A stretch of 64,000 nt of DNA. It comes from Vicinamibacterales bacterium. Lineage in GTDB: Bacteria > Acidobacteriota > Vicinamibacteria > Vicinamibacterales > 2-12-FULL-66-21. Position numbers and translations under genes: made by a program. The DNA is taken from assembly GCA_036556425.1 (NCBI GenBank), contig DATBJJ010000103.1:67574-131573 (forward strand). Direction: 5' to 3'. The notes beneath the pieces are model-generated. The model was not told the DNA's origin and searched no databases. It saw only the letters and a list, made by a program, of their open reading frames with translations. This document shows, piece by piece, positions 36,217 through 46,500 of this stretch (its first letter is position 1; each line of letters opens with the position of its first letter).

Positions 36217-37929
36217 ATGTCGGCATCGAGACGAATCGCCTGGATCGCGGCGCTGGCGTTGTGCACGTTGACGGGATCGGCCGCCATCGCGGAGCGCGCG
36301 TCGAGCGTGCCCTCGAAGCCCGACGACCGCACGATCGTGCACGTGCTGAATCGGCTCGGCTTCGGCGCCGCACCGGGCGACATCGAGCGCGTCCGGCGCA
36401 TCGGCCTCCAGACCTACATCGATCAACAGCTCAACCCGGAGCGCATCGCAAACGAGAAGATGACCGCGCGCCTCGCGGACCTCAAGACGCTCGCGATGTC
36501 GACGAGCGAGCTCGCGACGGAATACTTCGCGCCGGCGCAGATGGCGCGCCGCGAAGCGCAGCGCAAGCAGGCCGCGCAGGATCCGTCGATGTCCGCCGAC
36601 AATCCGCCTGACCCCGCGTCGCGCCGCGAGATGATGACGCCGGAACAGGCCGAAGCGATCCGCATGGAGCGGCAGACGCTGACGGACTTGATGCAAGCGA
36701 AGATGCTGCGCGCCGTCTACTCCGAGCGGCAGCTCGAAGAAGTGATGGTGGACTTCTGGTTCAATCACTTCAACGTGTTCTCGGGCAAGGGTCCGATCCG
36801 CGTTTACCTGAACGAGTACGAACGAGACACGATTCGCCCGCACGTGCTCGGCAAGTTCGAGGATCTCTTGAAGGCGACCGCCGAGAGCCCGGCGATGCTC
36901 TTCTATCTCGACAACTGGCAGAGCGCCGCGGCCGAGGGCGCGCCGACGCTCGATCGCATGCAATCGGATCGTCGTTTCAATCCACGCAATCGCGGGCGCT
37001 TTCCTCCGAGGATGCGTCCCGGCGCGCCGAATCGGCCGGCGACGCTCGCGGACGTGCCCGGCGCCCTCAACAGACGACGGGGGTTGAACGAGAACTACGC
37101 GCGCGAGCTGATGGAGCTGCACACGCTCGGCGTCGACGGCGGCTACACGCAGAAAGACGTTCAAGAAATCGCGCGCGCGTTCACGGGCTGGACGATCGCG
37201 AATCCGCGCCAAGGTGGAGCCTTCCGGTTCGAGCCGCGCATGCACGACGCCGGCGAGAAGATCGTGCTCGGCACGAAGATCAAGAGCGGCGGCGGCAAGT
37301 CCGACGGCGATCAGGTTCTCGCGCTGCTCGCGAAGCATCCGTCCACCGCACGATTCATCGCGACGAAGCTCGCGCGGCGGTTCGTCGCCGACGATCCGCC
37401 GAAAGCGCTGGTCGATCGCGCCGCGCGGCGGTTCCTCGAGACGGGCGGCAGCATCCGCGACGTCGTGAAGACGATCGTCACCTCGGACGAGTTCTTCGCC
37501 GCCGACGCCTACCGCGCGAAGGTCAAGTCGCCGTTCGAGTTCGTCGCAAGCGCCGTCCGCTCGACCGGCCTCGATCTCCCGAACGCGATGCCGCTCGTGC
37601 AGGCCGTCCGCACGCTGGGTATGCCGCTCTACGGATGCCAGCCGCCGACCGGCTACGCGGACAAGGCGGAAGCGTGGGTCAACTCCGGCGCGCTCATCAA
37701 CCGCATGAACTTCGCGGTCTCGCTCACCTCGGGCGGCGCGCGCGGCGAGGCAATGCGCGCCCTCGCGCGGCGGACCGTCGATCGGCCCTCGATCACGAGC
37801 GACGCGCTCATCGAATCCGCGCTCGCGGGAGAGCTCTCCGCGACGACCGCGGCGACCGTGGCGCAAGCGAAGACGCAGCCGCAGGCGCTCGCGCTCCTCC
37901 TGGGCTCGCCGGATTTCCAGAAAAAGTAG
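36217..37929 (+). CDS. DUF1800-family protein (secreted)
   Basis: Signal peptide MSASRRIAWIAALALCTLTGSAAIA, then HVLNRLGFGAAPGD, FWFNHFNV, NENYARELMELHTLGVDGGYTQKDV and GGGKSDGDQVL. Confidence 0.8.
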   Translation: MSASRRIAWIAALALCTLTGSAAIAERASSVPSKPDDRTIVHVLNRLGFGAAPGDIERVRRIGLQTYIDQQLNPERIANEKMTARLADLKTLAMSTSELATEYFAPAQMARREAQRKQAAQDPSMSADNPPDPASRREMMTPEQAEAIRMERQTLTDLMQAKMLRAVYSERQLEEVMVDFWFNHFNVFSGKGPIRVYLNEYERDTIRPHVLGKFEDLLKATAESPAMLFYLDNWQSAAAEGAPTLDRMQSDRRFNPRNRGRFPPRMRPGAPNRPATLADVPGALNRRRGLNENYARELMELHTLGVDGGYTQKDVQEIARAFTGWTIANPRQGGAFRFEPRMHDAGEKIVLGTKIKSGGGKSDGDQVLALLAKHPSTARFIATKLARRFVADDPPKALVDRAARRFLETGGSIRDVVKTIVTSDEFFAADAYRAKVKSPFEFVASAVRSTGLDLPNAMPLVQAVRTLGMPLYGCQPPTGYADKAEAWVNSGALINRMNFAVSLTSGGARGEAMRALARRTVDRPSITSDALIESALAGELSATTAATVAQAKTQPQALALLLGSPDFQKK

Positions 37930-37936
37930 GACGACC

Positions 37937-39172
37937 ATGATCTCGAGACGAGTGTTCCTGAGAGACGGCGGGCTCGCGTTGGTCAGCCTCGGGTTCGCGC
38001 CGGAGTTCATCGCGCGCACCGTCGCCGCGGCGGCGCCGAGGCGCAAAGTGCTCGTGACGATCTTCCAGCGCGGCGCCGTCGACGGCCTCAACATGATCGT
38101 GCCGTTCGGCGAACGCGACTACTACGCGTCGCGTCCGAGCATCGCCATCGCGCGGCCGGGATCGTCGCCCGAGGCGGCGCTCGATCTGGACGGCTTCTTC
38201 GGCATGCACCCGCGCATGGCGCCGCTCAAGCCGCTTTACGACGCGCGTCAGCTCGCGATCGTCCATGCGTGCGGATCCCCGGACGGCACGCGGTCCCACT
38301 TCGACGCGCAGGACTACATGGAGACGGCGACGCCCGGCGTGAAGAGCACGCAGGACGGATGGCTGAACCGCTATCTCCACGCGCGCGAGCACGAGCGCGC
38401 GACGCCGTTCCGCGCGGTCGCGATGGCCCCGCAGCTGCCGCGCGCGCTGCAGGGACTCGCCCCCGCCTTGGCGATCGGACAGATCGGCCAGTTCGGCATC
38501 CGCGCCGGCCAGTCGACCGACATGGTGCAGGCGTCGTTCGAAGCGGAGTATGCCGCCGCCGCGAACGGCGTCCTGAATCGCACCGGGCGCGACGCGTTCA
38601 ACGCCGTCAAGATGCTGAAGGATGCGGATCCGTCGCGATACGCGCCGGAGAACGGCGCCGAATACCCGCGATCGCCCTACGGCGACGCGCTGAAGCAGAT
38701 CGCGCAATTGATCAAGGCGGACGTCGGCCTCGAGGTCGCGTTCGCGGAAACCGGCAACTGGGACCATCACGCGCAGGAAGGCGCGGCGGTCGGCCAGCTC
38801 GCGAATCGCCTCGCGGACTTCTCCGGCGGCATCGCGGCGCTCGTCCGCGATCTCGGCGATCGCATGAGCGACGTCGTCGTCCTGACCATGTCGGAGTTCG
38901 GACGCACCGTCGGCGAGAACGGCAATCGCGGCACGGATCACGGGCACGGCAACGCGATGATGATCATCGGCGGCGGCATCAAGGGCGGAAAGGTCTACGG
39001 AAAATGGCCGGGCCTGGCGCGCGAGCAGCTCTACGAAGGGCGTGATCTCGCGGTCACGACCGATTTCCGCACCGTCTTCGCGGAAGTCGCGGGCGGACAC
39101 CTCGGCCTCACGAACATGGCGCACGTCTTCCCCGGCTTCAAAGGACCGGTCAAGGTGGGCGCGCTGGGCTAA
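37937..39172 (+). CDS. DUF1501-family protein with a Tat-type signal
   Basis: MISRRVFLRDGGLALVSLGF twin-arginine-like N-terminus, then SEFGRTVGENGNRGTDHGHGN. It starts 7 nt after the DUF1800 gene. Confidence 0.8.
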   Translation: MISRRVFLRDGGLALVSLGFAPEFIARTVAAAAPRRKVLVTIFQRGAVDGLNMIVPFGERDYYASRPSIAIARPGSSPEAALDLDGFFGMHPRMAPLKPLYDARQLAIVHACGSPDGTRSHFDAQDYMETATPGVKSTQDGWLNRYLHAREHERATPFRAVAMAPQLPRALQGLAPALAIGQIGQFGIRAGQSTDMVQASFEAEYAAAANGVLNRTGRDAFNAVKMLKDADPSRYAPENGAEYPRSPYGDALKQIAQLIKADVGLEVAFAETGNWDHHAQEGAAVGQLANRLADFSGGIAALVRDLGDRMSDVVVLTMSEFGRTVGENGNRGTDHGHGNAMMIIGGGIKGGKVYGKWPGLAREQLYEGRDLAVTTDFRTVFAEVAGGHLGLTNMAHVFPGFKGPVKVGALG

Positions 39173-39190
39173 TTCTTCTAGACTTATGGC

Positions 39191-40330
39191 GTGAGGCTGA
39201 CCGAGCTCCGCACTCCCGCCGTCCTGGTCGACACCGCGCGCGTCGCTCGCAACATCGATCGCATGCAGGCCGCCGTTGACGCGCGCGGCATCCGCCTTCG
39301 TCCACACGCGAAGACGCACAAGCTGCCCGAGATGGCGCGCCGGCAGATCGCGCGCGGCGCGATCGGAATCTGCTGCGCGAAGCTCGGCGAGGCGGAGGTC
39401 TTTGCCGACGCGGGGATCGAGGACATCAGGCTTCCCTACCCTCTCCACCCGGTGAACGCCGATCGAGTGCTCGCGCTCCTCGATCGCACGCGCCTCTCGT
39501 TCATCGTCGATGACCTGGAGATCGCGCGCGAATGGTCGGGCGTCATGACGTCGGCGGGACGAACGGTCGACGTGCTCGTCAAGGTCGACGTTGGATTCCA
39601 TCGCTGCGGGATCGACCCCGATCGTCCTGATGCCGCGAATCTCGTCGCGAAGATCGCGGATCTCGGAGGGCTGCGCTTTCGAGGGCTCCTGAGCCATGCC
39701 GGGCATGGATACGGCGCCGCGTCGGATCAGGAGACCGCGGCGATTGCGGCGGCCGAGGCGCGGCTGCTCGCGGCGCTCGCCGAGCAGGCGGGGGACCTCG
39801 GCGTGAAGACGGATGAGATCAGCGTGGGCGCGACGCCGACGGCGCGCTTCAGCGTGCAGCAGCGGGGGATCACCGAGCTGCGGCCGGGGAACTACATCTA
39901 CTACGACCGCACGCAGGTCGGCCTCGCCGCCGCGAATTGGGAGGACTGCGCCCTCACCGTCCTCGCGCGCGTCGTCAGCACGCCGAGTCCCGATCGCATC
40001 ATTCTCGATTCAGGCAGCAAGACGCTGACGAACGATCTCGCGCGCGGCTTTGGGAGCACGCCAGGGTACGGTGTCGTGTTCGCGAGCCTGGACGCGCGCG
40101 CGCCGAACGAGTCGCTGCTCGTCGAGCGGCTGTCGGAGGAGCACGCGACCGTGCGCGTCCTCGACGGCGGCCGCGGCCTGAAGACGGGCGAGCTCGTCAG
40201 GATCCTGCCGAATCACTCCTGCGTCGTGTCGAATCTCGTCGACTCGGCATGGCTCGTCGACGGCGATGGCGCCATGGAAGACGCGAGCGTCGAAAAGATC
40301 GATATTGCCGCGCGCGGGCGGATCGCATAG
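39191..40330 (+). CDS. D-TA family PLP-dependent enzyme (D-threonine aldolase / D-serine dehydratase-like, alanine-racemase-N fold)
   Basis: [14 protein letters not shown] contains the PLP-lysine motif, and a SHAGHGY segment is present. GTG start 18 nt after the DUF1501 gene. Confidence 0.75.
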   Translation: MRLTELRTPAVLVDTARVARNIDRMQAAVDARGIRLRPHAKTHKLPEMARRQIARGAIGICCAKLGEAEVFADAGIEDIRLPYPLHPVNADRVLALLDRTRLSFIVDDLEIAREWSGVMTSAGRTVDVLVKVDVGFHRCGIDPDRPDAANLVAKIADLGGLRFRGLLSHAGHGYGAASDQETAAIAAAEARLLAALAEQAGDLGVKTDEISVGATPTARFSVQQRGITELRPGNYIYYDRTQVGLAAANWEDCALTVLARVVSTPSPDRIILDSGSKTLTNDLARGFGSTPGYGVVFASLDARAPNESLLVERLSEEHATVRVLDGGRGLKTGELVRILPNHSCVVSNLVDSAWLVDGDGAMEDASVEKIDIAARGRIA

Positions 40331-40353
40331 TAGAATACGGGTCCTCATCTCCT

Positions 40354-40641
40354 ATGGCGAAAGAGCTCCCCGGCGAAGCACTCGGCCTCGTGGAAACGCG
40401 CGGGCTGGTGGGCATGATCGAAGCGGCCGACGCGATGGTCAAGGCCGCGAACGTGCTGTTCGTCGGCTGGCAGAAGGTCGACGCGGGGCTCGTCACCGCA
40501 ATCGTCCGCGGCGACGTCGCGTCCGTCAAAGCCGCGACCGACGCGGGGGCTGCGGCGGCGCGGCGCGTGGGCGAGCTCGTGGGCGTTCACGTGATCCCAC
40601 GGCCTGCTGACGGCCTCGATAAAGTCTTTCCAATCGGCTAG
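40354..40641 (+). CDS. Bacterial microcompartment shell protein, BMC-H (PduA/EutM/CcmK-type, single BMC domain)
   Basis: [77 protein letters not shown] is near-colinear with PduA as I remember it. Length is 95 aa. It starts 23 nt after the D-TA gene. Confidence 0.9.
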   Translation: MAKELPGEALGLVETRGLVGMIEAADAMVKAANVLFVGWQKVDAGLVTAIVRGDVASVKAATDAGAAAARRVGELVGVHVIPRPADGLDKVFPIG

Positions 40642-40660
40642 CCGCCCGCTCCGGTGTTCT

Positions 40661-41134
40661 TCATCTCGATTTCTTCTTCCGCCGTTTGCGCGACGCGTGC
40701 ACTTTCGCGGTCAGCTCTCGGAACGTCGGCTCGCCGCCGACGACGAGGAGCGGCTGAGCGGGATCGCGGAGCACGTTGAAGAACTCGCCGCGCGTGGTGC
40801 GCGCGTAGATGTCGCGGCCGTCGGTCATGAGCGTCAGCGGACCGGTTCCGCCGATCGCGTCGAAGAGGCGGATGCCGAATTCGCTTCGCAGCGTCTCGAG
40901 CAGAAGCCGGATGCGAGCGATCGTCATGCCGTGACGCCGCAGATCCGCCAACACCATCAGCTCGAGGAGATCGACCGGCGTGTAGCGGCGCTCGGTGAAG
41001 CCGCCTGCCGCCGTCGGCTTCGGCCCGACCGCGGATTGAAAGAGCCGGCGGTCGTCCCACCACTGGAGCTGGCGCGCGGAGAGCCCCGTCAACGCGGCGA
41101 CTTCACGTGCGCTGTACGAGTTCTTCAGCTGCAT
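40661..41134 (-). CDS. MerR-family transcriptional regulator
   Basis: YSAREVAALTGLSARQLQWWDDRRL HTH at the N-terminus, with a basic KRRKKKSR tail. Confidence 0.75.
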   Translation of the reverse strand: MQLKNSYSAREVAALTGLSARQLQWWDDRRLFQSAVGPKPTAAGGFTERRYTPVDLLELMVLADLRRHGMTIARIRLLLETLRSEFGIRLFDAIGGTGPLTLMTDGRDIYARTTRGEFFNVLRDPAQPLLVVGGEPTFRELTAKVHASRKRRKKKSR

Positions 41135-41154
41135 TCAGCGCCGCTCCGGCCGCG

Positions 41155-41463
41155 TCATTTGCCGCCCATCGCGGCGGCGACATCGGACGCTCGCTGGGCG
41201 CCGGCGAAATCCTTGTCGGTCAGGCCGCCCTCGCTGTGGGTGCTGTAGGTGAGCGTCACCCGCTTGTAGTTCACGAGCATGTCGGGATGATGGTCGGCCG
41301 CTTCGGCCTCGAAGCCCAGCCGTACGACGAAGGCGATCGCATCCGGGAAGCCCGCAAAGGTGAACGTGCGGCGGATGGCCGCGCCGTCTAACTCCCAGCC
41401 GGACAGCTTCTTGAGCCGCTCGGCCGCCTCCGCTGCGCCTATGGTCGCCATGCGGAGAAGCAT
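41155..41463 (-). CDS. Pterin-4-alpha-carbinolamine dehydratase
   Basis: LSGWELDGAAIRRTFTFAGFPDAIAFVVRLGFEAEAADHHPDMLVNYKRVTLTYSTH is the characteristic PCD pattern. Confidence 0.85.
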   Translation of the reverse strand: MLLRMATIGAAEAAERLKKLSGWELDGAAIRRTFTFAGFPDAIAFVVRLGFEAEAADHHPDMLVNYKRVTLTYSTHSEGGLTDKDFAGAQRASDVAAAMGGK

Positions 41464-41519
41464 ACTCCCGAACCCACCGGCTCCGAGGCTCTGGAACCCG
41501 AGCTCGCCGCCCGACGTCT

Positions 41520-41549
41520 AACAGTGTTAATCTGTTGAACGCCGTTCAA
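41520..41549. promoter_or_regulatory. Two adjacent palindromes (candidate TetR operator) at the TetR gene start
   Basis: AACAG-N7-CTGTT (41520-41536) is immediately followed by TTGAAC-GCC-GTTCAA (41535-41549). Confidence 0.4.
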
Positions 41550-42224
41550 TGCACCATTTCTGGAGGGTTTTTGGGGGTCAAGGAACGTCAGGAGCGTGAG
41601 CGCGAGGCGGTGGCACGGGCGATTCTGGATGCCGCGCGGGACCTCTTCGTCGCCGAGGGCTATCACAACGTCTCGATGCGAAAGATCGCGGAGCGCGTCG
41701 AATACAGCCCGGCTGCGATCTACAGCTATTTCCCGAGCAAGGACGACATCTTCTTCGCGCTCGCCGAAGAAGGCTTCCGCATTCTGTTCACGCCTCCGCC
41801 AGGCGCGACCGCCAGCGACGAGCCTTCGGACTCGGTCGAGCAGCTGCGCCGCGGGTTCTGGCGGTTCTACGAATTCAGCCGATCGCATCCGGAGTACTTC
41901 GCGCTGATGTTCGTGGATCGCACGGTGCCGCGCATCAACAAGGACTGGGAGCGCTTCGGCTTCATCCGCGACATGAAAGCGCGGCTCGGCGCGACGATTC
42001 AGCGCGCGATCGACGCGGGCCAGTTTCCGGCCGGCTCCCATCCCGATGGGATCGCGCGCGTGCTCATGACGGCCATGCTCGGCGCGGCGGTGGGCCGGCT
42101 GTGCCATCGCGGCGTGCCGGGCGAGGATGCGGATGCGCTCGCGCGCGACACGCTCGAAGCCGCGCTCACCGGCCTGCGCGCGGGCTCCCCCACGACGTTC
42201 GTTTCCAGACGGGATCGTTGCTGA
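41535..42224 (+). CDS. TetR/AcrR-family transcriptional regulator
   Basis: ILDAARDLFVAEGYHNVSMRKIAERVEYSPAAIYSYFPSKDDIF HTH region. The start is uncertain: TTG 41535 or TTG 41571 after GGAGGG. Confidence 0.85.
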   Translation: MNAVQCTISGGFLGVKERQEREREAVARAILDAARDLFVAEGYHNVSMRKIAERVEYSPAAIYSYFPSKDDIFFALAEEGFRILFTPPPGATASDEPSDSVEQLRRGFWRFYEFSRSHPEYFALMFVDRTVPRINKDWERFGFIRDMKARLGATIQRAIDAGQFPAGSHPDGIARVLMTAMLGAAVGRLCHRGVPGEDADALARDTLEAALTGLRAGSPTTFVSRRDRC

Positions 42225-42273
42225 AGTGTGACTGCGCACGTGATTGTGTGACGCGAATCAAAAGAGGCACGTA

Positions 42274-43527
42274 ATGACAGGTCGGCGTTTGCATCATCTC
42301 GTTTCCCGGCAGGTATTCATTCCCGCCACCGTTCTTCTCCTCACGTCTTCGCTCGTGATTGGTTGCTCGACGAAAGCGGAGACGACGCTCGATGCGGCGA
42401 AAGCCGCCGAGCCGCTCGCGATCGCCACGGCTCCCGTCGAGAGCCGTTCGATCGATCGATACCTTCGCGTGACAGGATCGCTCGTCGCCGACGCCCAGGC
42501 GGAGGTCAGCGCGGAAACCGCCGGCCGCGTGATCGCGACGCCGGTGGAGCGCGGGACACGCGTCGCCGACGGCGCGCTGCTCGTCCGCATCTCGCCCTCG
42601 GAAACATCCGCGCAGCTTCAGGAAGCCGAAGCGAACGCCGCGCAGATCGAAGCGCGGCTCGGGCTCGACGGCAGCACGCCATTCGATCGCACGCGTGTTC
42701 CCGACGTGATCAACGCGAAGGCATCGCTCGATCTCGCGGAAGCGGAATTCAACCGCATGCGATCGCTCCTCGAACAGAAGGTGATCTCGCAGAGCGAGTT
42801 CGATCAACGCCGCACGCAGCTCGAGGCTGCGCGCCAGAGCTATCAGGCGGCGCAGAATCAGGCGGATCAATCCTATCGATCGCTCGAGGCCGCTCGCGCG
42901 CGGACCGCGCTCGCGCAGAAGGCGGTTGCCGATACGGCCGTGCGCGCGCCGATCAGCGGGCTCGTCGCCGAACGGCTCGTCAGCGTCGGCGACTACGTCA
43001 CGCGCGGCCAGCGCGTCGCGACGGTCGTTCGCGTCGATCCGCTTCGCGTCGAGCTGACCGTTCCCGAGCAGCACGTCTCGCTCGTGAAAGTCGGACAGCA
43101 GGTGCGCCTCACGGTCGACGCGTACCACGGCGAGGAATTCCCGGCGACCGTGAAGTTCATCTCGCCCGCGCTGCGATCCGATCAGCGCGCGCTGACGGTC
43201 GAAGCGATCGCGCCGAACGCGGACGGGCGGTTGAAGCCAGGCCTCTTCGCGACGGCGCTCGTGCGCCAGCCGGATGCGGCGCCGGCGCTTCTCGTCCCGG
43301 AATCAGCGGTGGAAACGATCGCCGGCACGAGTCGCGTGTACGTCGTCAAGGACGGCAAGAGCGCGCAAGGACCAAGCGGTCAAAAACAGCTAGAGGCCCG
43401 CATCGTCACGACCGGCGAGAAGCTCCAAGGTCAGATCGAGCTCACGACCGGTGTGTCGAAGGGTGACGTCGTGGCGTCCGAACCCAAGGGACGTTTGTCG
43501 GACGGCCAGTACGTGAAGGCTCGGTAA
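42274..43527 (+). CDS. Efflux RND periplasmic adaptor (membrane fusion protein), lipoprotein-type
   Basis: LLLTSSLVIGCS lipobox-like N-terminus, coiled-coil hairpin, and VRAPISGLVAERLVSVGDYV. RBS AAAGAGG at 42261-67. Confidence 0.88.
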   Translation: MTGRRLHHLVSRQVFIPATVLLLTSSLVIGCSTKAETTLDAAKAAEPLAIATAPVESRSIDRYLRVTGSLVADAQAEVSAETAGRVIATPVERGTRVADGALLVRISPSETSAQLQEAEANAAQIEARLGLDGSTPFDRTRVPDVINAKASLDLAEAEFNRMRSLLEQKVISQSEFDQRRTQLEAARQSYQAAQNQADQSYRSLEAARARTALAQKAVADTAVRAPISGLVAERLVSVGDYVTRGQRVATVVRVDPLRVELTVPEQHVSLVKVGQQVRLTVDAYHGEEFPATVKFISPALRSDQRALTVEAIAPNADGRLKPGLFATALVRQPDAAPALLVPESAVETIAGTSRVYVVKDGKSAQGPSGQKQLEARIVTTGEKLQGQIELTTGVSKGDVVASEPKGRLSDGQYVKAR

Positions 43528-43536
43528 GGTGTCGTC

Positions 43537-46500
43537 ATGCAGTGGCTCGCTTCAATCTCCGTTCGTCGTCCGGTCTTCGCGACCGTCATCACTCTCTCGC
43601 TGACCGTCGTCGGCGCCTTCGCGTTCACGCGCCTCGGCCTCGACCGGTTTCCCAAAGTCGACTTCCCGACCGTTGTCGTCACGACACGGTTCCCTGGTGC
43701 GGCACCCGAGGAAGTCGAGACCGAAGTCACCGACAAGATCGAGGAAGCGGTCAACACGATCAGCGGGATCGACGAGCTTCGATCGAATTCGTCGGAAGGC
43801 GTCTCGCAGGTCATCATCGCGTTCCTCCTCGAAAAGGACGGCGACGTTGCCGCTCAGGAAGTCCGCGATCGCGTGAACCGCGTGCTGCCGCTGCTGCCTC
43901 GAACGATCGAGCAGCCGACGGTCGAGAAGTTCGATCCCGATTCCGCGCCGGTCATGACGCTCGCGGTCTCCGCGCCCGCGCCCATCCGCGACATCACCGA
44001 ATACGCGGACAAGAAGCTGCGCCGTCAGCTCGAGAGCGTCAGCGGCGTTGGACAGGTCGTGGTCGTCGGCGGACGCGCCCGGCAGATCAACTTCCTCCTC
44101 GACGCCGACCGGCTGCGCGCTTACAACCTGACGGTCACCGACGTGTCTCGCGCGATTCAGATGCAGAACGCCGAGATTCCCGGCGGCCGCGTCGAGCAGG
44201 GCGCGACGGCCATGACGCTGCGCACGCGCGGCAGGGTCGGCGCGGTCGAACAGTTCGGCGACATCGTCGTGCGCCAGCGCGAAGGCCATCCGGTGCTGCT
44301 GCGCGACGTCGCGACGATCGAAGACGGCATGGCGGAGGCGGAGACGACCGCGAACCTCAACGGCGAGCCTGGCGTGATGCTCACGGTCCGCCGGCAGTCG
44401 GGGACGAACACCGTGCAGGTCGTCGACGCGGTCAAGGAGCGGCTCGCGGAAGTCTCCCCGCTCGCGCCGGCCGGATACCAAATCCGCGTCGTCCGCGATC
44501 TGTCGGAGTTCATCAAAGCATCGATCGCGAGCGTGGAGGAACATCTCGTCCTCGGATCGATTCTCGCGGCGGCCGTCGTGCTCGTCTTCCTGTGGAACTG
44601 GCGCTCGACGTTCATCGCCGCGGTGGCGATCCCGACGTCGATCATCGCGACCTTCGGCCTGATCTGGTATCAGGGCTTCACGCTCAACTCGATGACGATG
44701 CTCGCGCTCACGCTGGCGGTCGGCATCGTCATCGACGATGCGATCGTCGTGCTTGAGAACATCTATCGCTTCGTCGAGGAGAAGGGACGTCCGCCGATGC
44801 AGGCCGCGATCGAGGCGACGCGCGAAATCGGATTGGCCGTCCTCGCGACGACGCTGTCGCTCGTCGCGATCTTCGTGCCGGTCGGCTTCATGGGCGGCAT
44901 CGTCGGCCGCTTCATGACGAGCTTCGGATTCACGATGTCGTTCGCGATCCTCGTGTCGCTGCTCGTCAGCTTCACGCTCACGCCGATGCTCGCGTCGCGC
45001 TGGATCAAGATGCATCCGCGGCGTGAAGACGCCGAGGGTCACGCGATCGAAGAGAAGACGTCGAGGGACAAGGGTTTCTTCGGCGCGCTCGATCGGCGGT
45101 ATACGTCGATTCTCGGCTGGTCGCTCGCTCATCGCGGCATCGTTGCGGGAATCGCGGTGCTCGTGCTGCTCAGCAGCGTTCCGCTGTTCATGATCGCGAA
45201 CAAGAACTTCCTGCCGAGCGACGATCAATCGGAGTTCGAGGTCGGACTTCGAGCGCCCGAGGGCACGAGCCTCGAGGCAACCGAAATCATCGCGAATCGG
45301 ATCGCGAGCCGCATTCAGCAGGTGACGGGCGTCAGCTACACGCTCGTCACGGTCGCGGACGATCCGGCGCGGACGCAGAACGTCGGCACGATCTACGTGC
45401 GGCTCACGCCGGTCCACGAGCGCGATCTCGATCAGTTCGCCATCATGAATGCGGTTCGCGCGGAAGTGCTTCCGAACGTCGGCGTGCCGAACCTGCGCAC
45501 CGGCGTGCGTCCGGTTGCGACGATCGGCGGCGGGGGCAATCAGAACGCGGAGATTCAGTTCACGATCAGCGGTCCCGATCTGAAGAAGCTCGAGCAATAC
45601 GCGAGCGCGGTCATCGCCGAAGCGAAAAAAGAGCACGGCGTCGTCGACGTCGATACGTCGCTGAACGTCGGCAAGCCCGAGCTGTCGGTGCATCTCGACC
45701 GCCTGAAGGCGGCGGACCTCGGCGTGCAGATCTCCGACGCCGCGGAAGCGCTGCGCCTGCTCGTCGGCGGCGACGAGATCACGACCTACAACGAAGGAGG
45801 CGAGCAATACGAGGTGCACGTGCGGGCGGTCGAGGGCAACCGGCAGACGGCCGAGGCCATCGGCCAGCTGACCGTGCCGTCGAGCACCGTGGGCAGCGTG
45901 CCGCTCGTCAACATCGCCGAGCTCACGCGCGGCACGGCGCCGTCGGAAATCAACCGCCTCAACCGTCAGCGTCAAGTCACGGTGTACGCTGGACTGCTGC
46001 AGGGCGTGTCGCAGGTTCCGGCGATGGACGCAATGACGCGCGCGGCGTCCGGGCTTGGCATGGGGCCCGGCTACAGCACGCGGTTTGCGGGCCGATCGCG
46101 CGAGCTTGGCCGCGCGGCTCAAAACTTCCTGATTGCGTTCGGGCTCTCTCTCGTGTTCATGTACTTGATCCTCGCGGCGCAGTTCGAGTCGTGGCTCCAC
46201 CCCATCACGATCCTGCTGTCGCTGCCGCTGACGTTGCCGTTCGCGCTCTTGTCGATCATCATCGCAGGACAGTCGCTGAACATCTTCTCGGCGCTCGGGC
46301 TCTTGGTGCTGTTCGGTGTCGTCAAAAAGAACTCGATCCTGCAAATCGATCACGCGAATCAACTGCGTGAGCGCGGCATGGAGCGCGATCGCGCGGTGCT
46401 GCAGGCGAGCCGCGATCGGCTGCGGCCGATCCTCATGACGACGCTTGCGTTCGTGGCGGGTATGATCCCGCTGGTGTTGTCGAGCGGCGTGGGGTCGGCG

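Noticed and set aside
35822-36611. Small ORFs inside the 410-bp intergenic region (35822..36034 +, 35910..36611 +, 35721..35978 -)
   Set aside because: They have no RBS, a low-complexity Gly/Arg-rich translation, and overlap the real DUF1800 gene or the VWA-TPR gene out of frame. The region is better explained as non-coding structured DNA/RNA.
39191-41134. A complete bacterial microcompartment locus, and a C-terminal encapsulation peptide on the D-TA enzyme (…[17 protein letters not shown])
   Set aside because: No BMC-P, BMC-T, second shell paralog or signature enzyme occurs in the window. The D-TA C-terminus looks like the normal end of the family's beta-barrel domain rather than a linker plus amphipathic helix. 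Only the orphan shell gene is reported.
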